From Patescibacteria group bacterium (GTDB taxonomy: Bacteria > Patescibacteriota > Minisyncoccia > Minisyncoccales > UBA10102): a stretch of DNA of 64,000 nt. The notes beneath the pieces were generated by a model. It searched no databases and had not been told where the DNA came from. It saw only the letters and a program-made list of their open reading frames with translations. How positions within the stretch are numbered: position 1 is the stretch's first letter; each line of letters opens with the position of its first letter. The translations under genes and the position numbers were made by a program. Below, piece by piece: positions 17,441 through 26,916 of the stretch. Where the stretch lies: the NCBI GenBank assembly GCA_022563395.1, contig JADFNM010000001.1, positions 270,342 through 334,341 of the forward strand. Direction: 5' to 3'.

Positions 17441-17906
17441 CTTTTTGTAATAATTTCTTTACCTTTTCTACCTTTGGCGCAATAATTGCCTGGCTGTAGA
17501 CCGTGTTTGGGTTCTTTTCATAGAAATCCTTGTGATAATCCTCTGCCTCATGAAAATCTTCAAAAGGCCAAATCTCTGTTGCAATGGGCTCCTTGTACTT
17601 TGAGGCCTGCTCTTTTTTTGTTTGCTCAGCTATCTTTTGCTGTTCTTTGGTGTGATAAAAAATAACCGCCTGGTACTCTGGTCCAACGTCAGGACCCTGC
17701 TTGTTTTTCTCGGTAGGATTGTGAATCTCCCAGAATATCTTTAACAACTCTTGGTAGGAAGTAAGTTTTGGGTCATACTCAATCTGAACCGTTTCCACAT
17801 GCTCTTTTCCTGCGTATCCTGGGGTAACCGAAACCACGCCTTTTTTAAGCTTGAATGCGGCTTCTGCACACCAAAAGCATCCTATTCCAAGAGTAGCCTT
17901 TTCCAT
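17430..17906 (-). CDS. msrA: peptide-methionine (S)-S-oxide reductase
   Basis: GCFWC active-site motif. Overlaps the msrB start. Confidence 0.9.
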   Translation of the reverse strand: MEKATLGIGCFWCAEAAFKLKKGVVSVTPGYAGKEHVETVQIEYDPKLTSYQELLKIFWEIHNPTEKNKQGPDVGPEYQAVIFYHTKEQQKIAEQTKKEQASKYKEPIATEIWPFEDFHEAEDYHKDFYEKNPNTVYSQAIIAPKVEKVKKLLQKDGE

Positions 17907-17910
17907 GTCT

Positions 17911-18519
17911 CTATTCTACCCCACTCTCTTGAATCTCAAAAAGAAATGGGAGGGCTTTTTCAATTGCGCGCTTTCGGTGCATATCCTCCAGTTCTTCAAT
18001 GGCAAACTCAGAAAGCACCTTCCCTCCCAAAGTAAGGGAGAAAAGAGAACGATACGGATATCCTGCAACAATGGGATAGTACGCTTTCTCTGCAATGTAT
18101 CCTTCCATAATACCGTCAAACAGGCGGATGTCTTGTTTGTCTTTAGCAATCGCAATAACTGCCCGGAACCTGGCAGTCCTTTTCTCTTTTGGGACTCCCT
18201 CCAACCTTTTGAGCGCATAATCTATAAGTTCTTGGTCTGTTGCTTCATACCCAGGCCAGCGTCTTGCATGAATGCCAGGCTCGCCTCCCACAGCGTCAAT
18301 CTCAAGGCCCGTATCATCGGCAAGCACTGAAATCCCACTTTTCTCAAAGTAGAATTGCGCTTTCAAAAGAGCGTTCTCTTCCAAGGTTACACCAGTCTCT
18401 TCTGGTTTTTCCTCAATACCCAAATCAGAAAGTGTCACAAGCAAAAGAGGCACCTCTCTTAAAAGGTGCCTGTATTCTTTGATTTTCCCCGCGTTTGTTG
18501 TTGCAATAAGAAGTTGCAT
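17911..18519 (-). CDS. rdgB: non-canonical purine NTP pyrophosphatase (RdgB/HAM1 family)
   Basis: ATTNAGKIKE N-terminus and overall HAM1-like sequence. Confidence 0.85.
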   Translation of the reverse strand: MQLLIATTNAGKIKEYRHLLREVPLLLVTLSDLGIEEKPEETGVTLEENALLKAQFYFEKSGISVLADDTGLEIDAVGGEPGIHARRWPGYEATDQELIDYALKRLEGVPKEKRTARFRAVIAIAKDKQDIRLFDGIMEGYIAEKAYYPIVAGYPYRSLFSLTLGGKVLSEFAIEELEDMHRKRAIEKALPFLFEIQESGVE

Positions 18520-18527
18520 ATCTTGCT

Positions 18528-19196
18528 TTAAAACCGTAGTGCGCTCTCTCGTGCTCGCAATATCTCCTCTAAAGAAAGTCCAAATCCGTTTGCGCCCCGG
18601 TGCATGAGCCGCTGCACATTTTGCACATGGTCCAATCCCAATATGTGTCCCACTTCGTGAGCCAGGGCCCGAAAGTCGTAGACCGTGGTATAGTCTGCCA
18701 CGGCAACGCTGGAAAGTCCCCCAAAGGCAATGCCGTTTATCCCGCGCAATCTCGCCACGAGAAATACATTTATAAAGAAAGGGTCAAATCCCTCTACTCC
18801 TTCAACAAATTCGCGAGAAGAATCCAAGAGCAGAGTTATCTCCTCATCTGTTCTCTTTAACTCATACAGGTTGTGTATTTCTAATTCAATGTTTGCTTGT
18901 TCCCAAATCTGGGAAGCATTCTCAACCAAGTTCCTTATATTCTCTTTTGTACGCAGAGATCCGTTGTCTTCGTCGTTTCTGAGAATGAATAGAGAAAGAG
19001 GAACAAGAATCTCCTCTGCGTCTATTGCGCTCACCACTGGTTCTTGCTTGACCTCAGTTGGGGTCCTCTGGTAGAAAAAGTACTGGTCGAGCCCCGAAAG
19101 GTACACAAAACCCAAAAGAACCGCAAGGGCCATCAGCACTTTAAATATTCGAGCGAGAACACTGGGCTCTTGAATCTCTTCGTCTTCTTCAATCAT
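18528..19196 (-). CDS. membrane-anchored metzincin-like zinc metalloprotease
   Basis: HEVGHILGLDH (HExxHxxGxxH) plus an N-terminal TM helix. Confidence 0.6.
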   Translation of the reverse strand: MIEEDEEIQEPSVLARIFKVLMALAVLLGFVYLSGLDQYFFYQRTPTEVKQEPVVSAIDAEEILVPLSLFILRNDEDNGSLRTKENIRNLVENASQIWEQANIELEIHNLYELKRTDEEITLLLDSSREFVEGVEGFDPFFINVFLVARLRGINGIAFGGLSSVAVADYTTVYDFRALAHEVGHILGLDHVQNVQRLMHRGANGFGLSLEEILRARESALRF

Positions 19197-19897
19197 TTCC
19201 CAAATCTTCTCTGCCTTCTTTGATATTCTTGAATTGCTTCATTAAAATCCTCTTCTGTAAAGTCGGGCCAATACTTACTGCAAAAGTAGAGTTCAGCATA
19301 TGCTGATTGCCACAAAAGAAAGTTAGAAAATCTCTGCTCTCCTCCTGCCCGTATCACAAGGTCAGGATCTGGCAGGCCTGCGGTGGAAAGATAATTGGAA
19401 AACAACTCTTCTGTAACCTGTTCTGGAGATATCCCTTCTTTGAGCATTTTTTGTACCGCACTCACAATATCCCATCTTCCCCCGTAGCTTATAGCCAGGG
19501 TAACAAAGAATTTGTCATTGTCTTTGGTTGTCTCTTCTACCTTGGCAATAACCTTTTGCAGGGATTCTGGTAGGCGCTCTTTTTGACCAATGATACGTAT
19601 TTTTACTCCCCGTTCTTTTGCTTTTTCTCCTACATACTTTTTAAGCTGCTGAACCAAACCAGTTTCCAAAAGACGCATTAAGTAGGTGACCTCTCGCTCC
19701 GTACGGTTCCAGTTTTCCGTGGAGAACCCAAACATGGTAAGGGCTTTTACTCCCCGTTCTTGGCACCAGTCTACAAGTTGTACTGCTTTCTCGTACCCCA
19801 CCCGATGACCCTCTAAGGCATCCATGCCCCGTTCTCTTGCCCATCTCCGGTTTCCGTCCGGGAACAATACGATGTGTTGCGGAACATTATTCTCCAT
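19193..19897 (-). CDS. uppS: undecaprenyl diphosphate synthase
   Basis: cis-prenyltransferase motifs (PDGNRRWA, FSTENWNR, LLWQSAYAELYF). Confidence 0.9.
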   Translation of the reverse strand: MENNVPQHIVLFPDGNRRWARERGMDALEGHRVGYEKAVQLVDWCQERGVKALTMFGFSTENWNRTEREVTYLMRLLETGLVQQLKKYVGEKAKERGVKIRIIGQKERLPESLQKVIAKVEETTKDNDKFFVTLAISYGGRWDIVSAVQKMLKEGISPEQVTEELFSNYLSTAGLPDPDLVIRAGGEQRFSNFLLWQSAYAELYFCSKYWPDFTEEDFNEAIQEYQRRQRRFGK

Positions 19898-20054
19898 ACT
19901 GTTCTTGGACCTGAACCGGGCCTTTTAACTGGTCTTTTGCCACTAAATATCCCGCAGCAAAGGAAATGAGGGAAATCAGAATCACGCCCAAAACCAGGAC
20001 TATGTCCTTTTGATTTACTTTGACAAACTCTCTTATTTTTGTTAGTATAGTCAT
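19887..20054 (-). CDS. small membrane protein (55 aa)
   Basis: Hand translation MTILTKIREFVKVNQKDIVLVLGVILISLISFAAGYLVAKDQ... Overlaps the uppS start by 11 nt. Confidence 0.3.
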   Translation of the reverse strand: MTILTKIREFVKVNQKDIVLVLGVILISLISFAAGYLVAKDQLKGPVQVQEQYGE

Positions 20055-20121
20055 TGCTACATTGTTACATTGCTAAATTGTTTAACAATGTAACCATATA
20101 ACCATTTAACAATTCTGTCGT

Positions 20122-20394
20122 ATGGCTACTACAAAGTCAGTTGGATCAACGCGCCTCGGGCGGGATTCTCAACCAAAATATCTTGGAATAAAACTGTTTG
20201 CGGGTGAAAAAGCCAGGGCAGGACAGATTTTGGTCAGGCAGCGCGGCACCAAACTCTTTGCGGGCAAAAACGTTGGAACGGGAAAAGACTACACCCTCTT
20301 TGCCTTAAAAGAAGGTGTGGTGCAGTTTTCTACAAAGAGAAAGCGGGGATTTGACCGATCTCAAAGAATCGTCAAGGTGGTACATATTACCTAA
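20122..20394 (+). CDS. rpmA: 50S ribosomal protein L27
   Basis: [22 protein letters not shown]...RQRGTK signature. Confidence 0.92.
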   Translation: MATTKSVGSTRLGRDSQPKYLGIKLFAGEKARAGQILVRQRGTKLFAGKNVGTGKDYTLFALKEGVVQFSTKRKRGFDRSQRIVKVVHIT

Positions 20395-22006
20395 CTGCAG
20401 CTCGCACAAACTCTAAAAATAAAGGGTGGGGCTCCAAAGGCCTTGATTTAAATTCTGGATGAAACTGGACTCCAACAAAGAACGGATGATTTTTCAGTTC
20501 AACAATCTCTACTAAATCTCTTTCTAGATTGACGCCTGATATTACCATACCTTTCTTTTCCAGAATACCTCGGTACTCATTATTCAACTCATAGCGATGG
20601 CGGTGCCGCTCTGAGATATCTTGTTTTCCATACGCCTCGTATGCTAGGGTTCCCTTCTGAATACGACATCTGTACGCCCCAAGGCGCATGGTGCTCCCGT
20701 ATTTCTTTTCTTTCAAAAGAGTCTTCTGGTCTTCCATCACATCAATAACGGGGTCAATAGTATCACGTGGGTAGAACTCTGCTGAAGATGCCTTTTTCAA
20801 TCCACACACATTCCGCGCGAACTCAATTACTGCCAACTGCATACCAAAACATAAGCCAAAATAAGGAATTTTGTTAATCCGGCAAATCTCACTTGCCTTT
20901 GTTTTTCCCTCCACTCCCCTAGTGCCAAAACCGCCGGGAACAATAATACCATCAAAGTTTTTAAGCTCCTGGGCCGCCTTTGGGTTCTTTATATACTTCT
21001 CTGAAGAAAGCCAAGTAATTTCAGGATTCCTCCCCATGGCCCACGAGGCATGCTTGATAGCCTCAATCACAGAAAGATAGGAATCCATTAGGGTAAAGTC
21101 CCCTGTCTCAAAGTATTTCCCCACGATCCCTATTCGCACGGTCTTTTTTAAGGAACGTACCCTGCGCACCAAAGCTCTCCAGTCTCTCATGTCTTGCTTT
21201 TTGCCTTTCAATCCGAACTTTTGCAATATCTTGTCTCCCACCTTCTCTTTTTCAAAGTTCACGGGAATCTCGTAAATAAACTTTACGTCGGGGGCTGAAA
21301 TGACGTAGTCTGCCGCAACGTTACAAGACAGGGAAATCTTTTGTTTTCTTGGCTTGTCTACGGGTAGTTCGGACCTGGCAATAATCATGTCTGGCTGAAT
21401 ACCTGCTGCGTTCAGAGTTCTGACAGCTGTCTGCGTAGGCTTGGTCTTTTGTTCTCCAATACTGGGTGGAATGGGAAGATAGCTTACCAACACAAAAAAA
21501 ACCTGCTCAGGAGCGCTTGCCTGCATCATGCGCGCTGCCTCCAAAAAGAGCATGTTTTGATATTCTCCCACCGTGCCCCCTATTTCAATCAAGACAAAGT
21601 CTGCCTTGTCTACTCTTGCAGCCGCCTTAATGCGCGAGATAACCTCTTCTGGGATATGGGGAACTACTTCTACGCACTTTCCTTTGTATTCCAGATTGCG
21701 CTCTCTTTTAATAACAGAGTCATATACCTGACCTGTAGTCATGTAGTTAACTTTGGAAAAGGGTCTTCCAAAAAAGCGTTCATAGTTTCCCAGGTCCTGG
21801 TCTGACTCGGTTCCGTCGTCAGTCACAAAAATCTCCCCGTGTTCCAGGGGATTCATGGTACCGGCATCAACGTTGATGTAGGGGTCAATCTTTACCGCAG
21901 AGACGGCAAAACCCTTGCTTAAGAGAATCTTTCCAAGAGAGGCCGTAGCCACGCCCTTGCCAACGCCGGACATGACGCCTCCTGCAACAAAGATGTACCG
22001 GGTCAT
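20387..22006 (-). CDS. pyrG: CTP synthase
   Basis: N-terminal synthetase domain ([10 protein letters not shown]) plus a C-terminal glutamine amidotransferase domain (GLCFGMQ, HRHRYE). Confidence 0.95.
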   Translation of the reverse strand: MTRYIFVAGGVMSGVGKGVATASLGKILLSKGFAVSAVKIDPYINVDAGTMNPLEHGEIFVTDDGTESDQDLGNYERFFGRPFSKVNYMTTGQVYDSVIKRERNLEYKGKCVEVVPHIPEEVISRIKAAARVDKADFVLIEIGGTVGEYQNMLFLEAARMMQASAPEQVFFVLVSYLPIPPSIGEQKTKPTQTAVRTLNAAGIQPDMIIARSELPVDKPRKQKISLSCNVAADYVISAPDVKFIYEIPVNFEKEKVGDKILQKFGLKGKKQDMRDWRALVRRVRSLKKTVRIGIVGKYFETGDFTLMDSYLSVIEAIKHASWAMGRNPEITWLSSEKYIKNPKAAQELKNFDGIIVPGGFGTRGVEGKTKASEICRINKIPYFGLCFGMQLAVIEFARNVCGLKKASSAEFYPRDTIDPVIDVMEDQKTLLKEKKYGSTMRLGAYRCRIQKGTLAYEAYGKQDISERHRHRYELNNEYRGILEKKGMVISGVNLERDLVEIVELKNHPFFVGVQFHPEFKSRPLEPHPLFLEFVRAAVR

Positions 22007-22455
22007 TCCGCTTCTTGTTCTGCAATGATTACTCGAATTTCTGCCTCCAGGTTATGCTCAAAGCTCAACTTTACAGGAAACTCTCCGAGTTCTTTTAAAG
22101 GATCCTCTAACTTTACCTGAGATTTCTTGACATTGTATCCCATCTCTTTTAACCTGTCTGCAATCTTTTGGGCGTTTACTGCCTCAAACAGCTGTCCTTC
22201 TTCTCCCACCTTCAGCACAAGCTGAACCTCCATGTCGTCTAACTGAGATGCCATTTCTTGAGATTTCTGCAGGCTCTCTTCTGCAACCTTTTCTACTAAC
22301 TCCTTTTGCATCTCCGCCCATTCTAAAGCTTCCTTGGTTGCAGGCTTTACCAGTCCTTCTGGAATGAGGTGGTTTTGGGCGTGGCCGTCTGCCACCTCCT
22401 TTACCTCAAACTTCTTGCCAAGTTTTGGAACATCTTGCAGCAAAATAACCTTCAT
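22003..22455 (-). CDS. rplI: 50S ribosomal protein L9
   Basis: MKVILLQDVPKLGKKFEVKEVADGHAQNHLIP N-terminal domain. Confidence 0.9.
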   Translation of the reverse strand: MKVILLQDVPKLGKKFEVKEVADGHAQNHLIPEGLVKPATKEALEWAEMQKELVEKVAEESLQKSQEMASQLDDMEVQLVLKVGEEGQLFEAVNAQKIADRLKEMGYNVKKSQVKLEDPLKELGEFPVKLSFEHNLEAEIRVIIAEQEAE

Positions 22456-22467
22456 GAAAGTATTTTC

Positions 22468-23697
22468 TCACAAATCCTTAACTAACTCAAGAGCCTTGTC
22501 AAGCTGGGGATCCAGCTCTAGGTCAAAGTCCTCTGGAGTCATCTCAACTTCCACATCCGGGTCCAAGCCAACGTCGGTAATATGGTTTCCATTGGGGGTA
22601 AGCCAGTTTGCCACGGTCACTTTCAAAGAAGCATCTCCAACAAGGTTCTCCAACTCCTGCACAGACCCTTTTCCAAAGGACTTTTCCCCCACGACCGTCA
22701 CTCCCTTGTGGTCTCGCAGGGCTCCAGCTAAGATCTCAGAGGCCGAAGCTGACCCCTGGTTCATTAAAATGACCAAAGGGTAGCCTCCCAGGCGGCCATT
22801 CCCTCTTGCCTTGTAGATGATTTCTTTTCCTTCTTCGCCAAAATCCTCCACCACCACAACCTGCCCTCTCTCTAGGAACCATCCTGCAATATCCACTGCA
22901 ACCTCAAGAAATCCTCCCGGGTTGTTTCTTAAGTCTAAAATAATTCGGTCAGCTGAAGAAGCAAGAATGCCGGTTGCTGCTGTTCTGAAAGTGCGCGAGG
23001 CATTTTCTGAAAAATGGAAAAGCTGAATATATGCAATATTCTCTTCCAACATTTCCCACTCCAAAGAAGGAATCTTAATGACTGCCCTGGTGATAACAAA
23101 GTCTTTGGTTTCAGACCAGTCGCCTCGCAGAATGGAAAGGGTCACATCGGTTCCCTTGGGACCCCGAATTAAAGAGACTGCTTCATCAATCGTAAGGTTT
23201 CTTGTGAAGGTGTCATCCACCCGCACAATAACGTCTCCCGGGCGCAATCCAGCTGCCTTTGCCGGAGTCCCCTCCAGGGGAGAGATAACCCGAAGCTCAC
23301 GGTTTCGAATGCCAATCTCCATACCCACCCCTTCAAAAGACCCGGAAATGTCGTCGCGGAACCGCTTGGTATCTTCTGGGTCCATGAACAAAGTATAGGG
23401 ATCACCCAAACTCTCCACCATGCCAGAGATGGCACCGTACACCATCTCTTGATAATCAAAGGATTCCTTGGCAGCATACTTTTCTTGGATGATATTCCAG
23501 GCATCCCAAAACAGAGAAAAGTCTACAGCTTCAGGCGCCCCGAACTGGGTGTTTTGCACCCCTTCGATGGGAACTATTCTGGCCTCAGATTTCCCCACCT
23601 GAAAACCAAAGTAGTAAGCCCCAAGGATGGAGCCCACAAGAAAAAAGAGGACTGCTATTTTCCCTGCACCTCTTAACATATGGAAATAGTATATCAT
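22468..23697 (-). CDS. S41 family C-terminal processing peptidase with PDZ domain
   Basis: TM anchor, PDZ (GLRPGDVIVRVD), catalytic GSASASEI...K region. The ORF-track N-terminal extension to 24003 overlaps purC, so it was trimmed to the ATG at 23697. Confidence 0.85.
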   Translation of the reverse strand: MIYYFHMLRGAGKIAVLFFLVGSILGAYYFGFQVGKSEARIVPIEGVQNTQFGAPEAVDFSLFWDAWNIIQEKYAAKESFDYQEMVYGAISGMVESLGDPYTLFMDPEDTKRFRDDISGSFEGVGMEIGIRNRELRVISPLEGTPAKAAGLRPGDVIVRVDDTFTRNLTIDEAVSLIRGPKGTDVTLSILRGDWSETKDFVITRAVIKIPSLEWEMLEENIAYIQLFHFSENASRTFRTAATGILASSADRIILDLRNNPGGFLEVAVDIAGWFLERGQVVVVEDFGEEGKEIIYKARGNGRLGGYPLVILMNQGSASASEILAGALRDHKGVTVVGEKSFGKGSVQELENLVGDASLKVTVANWLTPNGNHITDVGLDPDVEVEMTPEDFDLELDPQLDKALELVKDL

Positions 23698-23721
23698 TTG
23701 GGGCTGCCTGGCGCAACCCTT

Positions 23722-23771
23722 AATATAGAAAGCCCCCTGTCCGCTTCTCCTTACGAGTTGCAGACAGGGGC
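23722..23771 (-). terminator. terminator hairpin after purC
   Basis: Minus strand CCCCTGTC-N20-GACAGGGG followed by TTTCTATATT. Confidence 0.5.
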
Positions 23772-23779
23772 CTTTAGTG

Positions 23780-24781
23780 TCACTCATGCATCCTCTCCGT
23801 CTGGTACCGGACAAGAGGCATACCGGTGATGCGCTCAAAGATCTCCAGATACCTTGAGCTTGCGTCCGACAGGACCTCTTCTGGAACCTTAAGCGAGGCC
23901 ACGAAGGCGAGGTCTTCTGGAGCCTCAGGATCAAGCTTGTTGATTCCTTGCCCCTTTGGCGTCTCCACGGTACGCCCCCAGTTCCGCACCGTCTCCTTGT
24001 CATAGAAGACAGGGTCGCGCCCTTCTTTCATCGCGCGTTCAAAGTCCTCTACTGTAGTAAACCTTGAGGAGTCTGGAGTGAGCACCTCATCGGCAATGAC
24101 GGGCGAGCCGTGTTCATCTACACCTACCTCAAACTTTGTATCGAGGATTAGGATGCCGCGCTTGCGTGCTTCTTCGTACACCAGTGCATAGGCCTTAGCA
24201 AACATGGAAACTACCCGAGGGCCAAGCTGCCCGGTAGCAGCCAGAAACTCATCCTCGGTGATGTTCACGTCGTGCCCGGACTCGGCCTTTGTAGAAGGAG
24301 TGAAGATTGGGGCGCTTAGCTTCTCCCACTTGGTGAGACCGTGAGGAAGCTGCTTGCCCGCAACCATGCCTGTGTCCTGGTATGCGGCCCACACCGACCC
24401 CCCAAGATGACCCCGAAAGATCAGTTCAAAGGGAATCATCTGGAGCTTTTTGACGACGGATGTGCGCTGTGCAGGAATCGATGCAAAATTCCCCATCAGC
24501 ATACCCGAGTCCCTCAAATGGTGAGGAAAACTCGAAAGGACACCGCGCAACCAAAAGTGGGTCAGTGCGGTGAGCACCTCACCCTTCTTCTCCACGAAAG
24601 CGGGGAGAACAAGGTCAAAGATGCTTACGCGATCAGTTGCAACGATCAGAAGCAAGTCAGAGTTTGTTGGATGCGTATAGGTGTCCCGTACCTTCCCCTG
24701 ATACAACCGGTCCAGTCCACCCTTCCTCAGTTCCTTACTGAACGGTGACTCTCGTACCATCTTTGGAATGACAGCTCCCAT
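23780..24781 (-). CDS. purC: SAICAR synthase (long form)
   Basis: LYQGKVRDTY and LLIVATDRVSIFD motifs. GC-rich. Start overlaps the purE stop (ATGA). Confidence 0.85.
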   Translation of the reverse strand: MGAVIPKMVRESPFSKELRKGGLDRLYQGKVRDTYTHPTNSDLLLIVATDRVSIFDLVLPAFVEKKGEVLTALTHFWLRGVLSSFPHHLRDSGMLMGNFASIPAQRTSVVKKLQMIPFELIFRGHLGGSVWAAYQDTGMVAGKQLPHGLTKWEKLSAPIFTPSTKAESGHDVNITEDEFLAATGQLGPRVVSMFAKAYALVYEEARKRGILILDTKFEVGVDEHGSPVIADEVLTPDSSRFTTVEDFERAMKEGRDPVFYDKETVRNWGRTVETPKGQGINKLDPEAPEDLAFVASLKVPEEVLSDASSRYLEIFERITGMPLVRYQTERMHE

Positions 24782-25272
24782 CAGGACCCTCCTTTCCCCT
24801 CAAGATTGTATACGGGCTCTCGTTTATTGCTTTCCAGGTAGACAGTCAGACCGCTTTTCACTCCCTTATCCCCCAGCGCTATGATCTGACAGGCCTGGAT
24901 TGCGGCGTTCCGCAGTCCTGCACTCCCAATCCCCGTACAGGAAACTGAAACTCCAGGGGGCATACGCACAATAGAAAGCAGGGCGTCCATGCCGTCCAGC
25001 ACGTCAGAAGCAAGGGCAACCCCAATCACAGGGCGTTCCTTGACAATAGCTGCTATTGCGCCAGGGAGCGCTGCTGACATGCCAGCCACGCCAATGAACA
25101 CCTTGCCTCCGCTGCTCAGGCAGTAATCCCTGAGCTCCTCGGGATTTCGGTGGGCCGAGATCGCCGCAGCGGTCCAGGAGACCCCGACTTCATCCAAAAC
25201 CTCGAACATCTTTGAGCTTCGCACCGCCTCTTCGTCACTTGTGCTACCAAGGATAACAATTATATCAGCCAT
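24781..25272 (-). CDS. purE: N5-CAIR mutase / AIR carboxylase family protein
   Basis: IIVILGSTSDEE and AGMSAALPG motifs. AAGGAGG SD 6 nt upstream of the ATG at 25272. The longer ORF-track start would overlap dinB. Confidence 0.85.
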   Translation of the reverse strand: MADIIVILGSTSDEEAVRSSKMFEVLDEVGVSWTAAAISAHRNPEELRDYCLSSGGKVFIGVAGMSAALPGAIAAIVKERPVIGVALASDVLDGMDALLSIVRMPPGVSVSCTGIGSAGLRNAAIQACQIIALGDKGVKSGLTVYLESNKREPVYNLEGKGGS

Positions 25273-25354
25273 GACAGGCCTCCTTTGTAATGGGCAATTC
25301 TGAGCAAAGCTCAGATAGGACAGTATACACAGAAAAGAAAAAGAGCGCAAGAGT

Positions 25355-26413
25355 TCAAAGAGTGGATTGGGCAACTCTTGCCCTTACTCCTATAAGGCGT
25401 ATTGGGTTTAAGTTCTCAGTCAGAAATCTCAAAAGGAGCTGCATTGCTTCCTTCTCAAAGAGCTTCCAGTCTTTTTGGGGCTCCTTGAAGCTCTTTGCTT
25501 TCGTATGCGTCTCAAACCCATGGAAACGACACACCACGGTTATGGTTTTGAAAGCAAGCCCTGCTTCTTTGAGCTCTGAGGCAACCTCTCTTGCAAGCTC
25601 TCGGAACACGGGGAAGATTTCTTCGCCGTCTCTTGTATCCCTCTCAAAAGTGTGTTCCCTGCCAATAGACTTTACCTCTTCTTTAACGGTAACGGGGCTA
25701 TGGTCAATGCCTCGAACCTTGTCATACAGAGTACTTCCAAACACACCCAAGAGTTTCACCAGCTCTTCTTTTGATGTCTCTCTCACATCTTTTATTTTGA
25801 GTGCCTTTTTCTTGAAAAACTTTTCCAGGATTGCGGCGGTTTTTGGCCCAATACCTGGAATCTCCCTGATACTCAAAGAAGAAAGAAAGCTCTCTACCTT
25901 TTGTGGCTCCACAACCAAAACACCATTGGGCTTTGCATGCTCACAAGCTATTTTGGCTACCATTTTGTTTGGAGCAATGCCGCAAGAAGCAGGAAGTTTC
26001 TCTTTTTTAAAAATCTCCTTTCTTATCTTTTCAGCTAACTTCCTTGCATTCTCAAAGCTCCCAACAAAGCTGATGTCCAAATATGCTTCATCTAAAGAAA
26101 CTTGTTCTACCAAAAGAGTATACTTTCTCAAGATGGTCATGATGTTCTCTGACGCCTTATGATACAAGGCTCCATCCACCGGCAAGAACACGGCCTGGGG
26201 ACATAATCTCCAAGCTTCAGATATGGGCATTGCAGAATGAATGCCATACTTTCTTGCCTCATAGTTGCAGGTGGATACCACTCCCCTGCCCTTGCCTTCT
26301 TTGGGGTCTGCCCCAACCACCACTGGTTTTCCTCTAAAGTGGGGGTTTTCTCTTTCTTCTACCATGGCAAAAAATGCATCCATATCAAGAAGCAATACAA
26401 TTCTATTTTTCAT
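25355..26413 (-). CDS. dinB: DNA polymerase IV (Y-family)
   Basis: LLLDMDAFFAMVEE, SLDEAYLD, little-finger domain. Confidence 0.9.
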   Translation of the reverse strand: MKNRIVLLLDMDAFFAMVEERENPHFRGKPVVVGADPKEGKGRGVVSTCNYEARKYGIHSAMPISEAWRLCPQAVFLPVDGALYHKASENIMTILRKYTLLVEQVSLDEAYLDISFVGSFENARKLAEKIRKEIFKKEKLPASCGIAPNKMVAKIACEHAKPNGVLVVEPQKVESFLSSLSIREIPGIGPKTAAILEKFFKKKALKIKDVRETSKEELVKLLGVFGSTLYDKVRGIDHSPVTVKEEVKSIGREHTFERDTRDGEEIFPVFRELAREVASELKEAGLAFKTITVVCRFHGFETHTKAKSFKEPQKDWKLFEKEAMQLLLRFLTENLNPIRLIGVRARVAQSTL

Positions 26414-26867
26414 AACATAAATAGAAACTAAATTTCATTTAAGCAATATGCGGATATTATATTAAATTTAAGCAGGACCGTTATGACACAATCATTATAT
26501 ACCACGCACAAAACAAAAGCCCCCGATTCGTTCTTTTGGTTCAGAACTACTACGGGGGCTCAGGAGCTGTATCCTGTTGCTGCTTTTCTCGTCAGAAATC
26601 TTCCAGTTCCGCCTCTTCACACTCCTGGCAGATACCATGAGTGGTCTTAAGACGCCGGAAAATCCAGCGGAGGAAAACAACAAAGATGAAACCTGTGTAG
26701 CCCATGTGCTTTCCGCATTTTTATCCTTTTGTCAAACAAAAAGTGCCCCTTGAGGGACTTGATTGGGACCAGTTACTAGAGGAGTTGAAGTACTTAGAGA
26801 AGCTAAGAAATGAATTTACACTCTCTGTAGCAGCCTGAGTGGTATTTGTCTATATATTTATGAGAGA

Positions 26868-26913
26868 AAAGGAAAAGGGTCTCCGGTGCACAATGTGCAG
26901 GGTGGAGACCCTT
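26868..26913 (-). terminator. rho-independent terminator after asd
   Basis: AAGGGTCTCC / GGAGACCCTT 10-bp stem with an inner TGCACAATGTGCA hairpin, T-rich tail on the minus strand. Confidence 0.7.
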
Positions 26914-26916
26914 CTT

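Noticed and set aside
22468-24003. A 511-aa ORF-track version of the S41 peptidase.
   Set aside because: The first ~100 codons overlap the 3' end of purC and its terminator and encode a low-complexity Arg/Ser-rich peptide. The TM anchor begins right after the internal Met at 23697.
25290-26162. A 290-aa plus-strand ORF, plus similar long antisense ORFs at 30101-30847, 7483-8013, 53991-54518, 49258-49767 and 22334-22783.
   Set aside because: They lie antisense to confidently identified genes (dinB, dnaK, dapA, groEL, dnaG, rplI and the peptidase), have Ser/Pro/low-complexity composition and no recognisable motifs. They are shadow ORFs.
26414-26916. Small ORFs in the dinB-asd spacer: a 37-aa MGYTGFIFVVFLRWIFRRLKTTHGICQECEEAELEDF on the minus strand (26592-26705) and a ~32-aa plus-strand remnant ending ..LEELKYLEKLRNEFTLSVAA.
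   Set aside because: They are too short, have no SD or promoter support, have competing frames (ORF-track 26495-26683), and sit in a region containing decayed family-B repeat fragments. They cannot be supported as genes from sequence alone.
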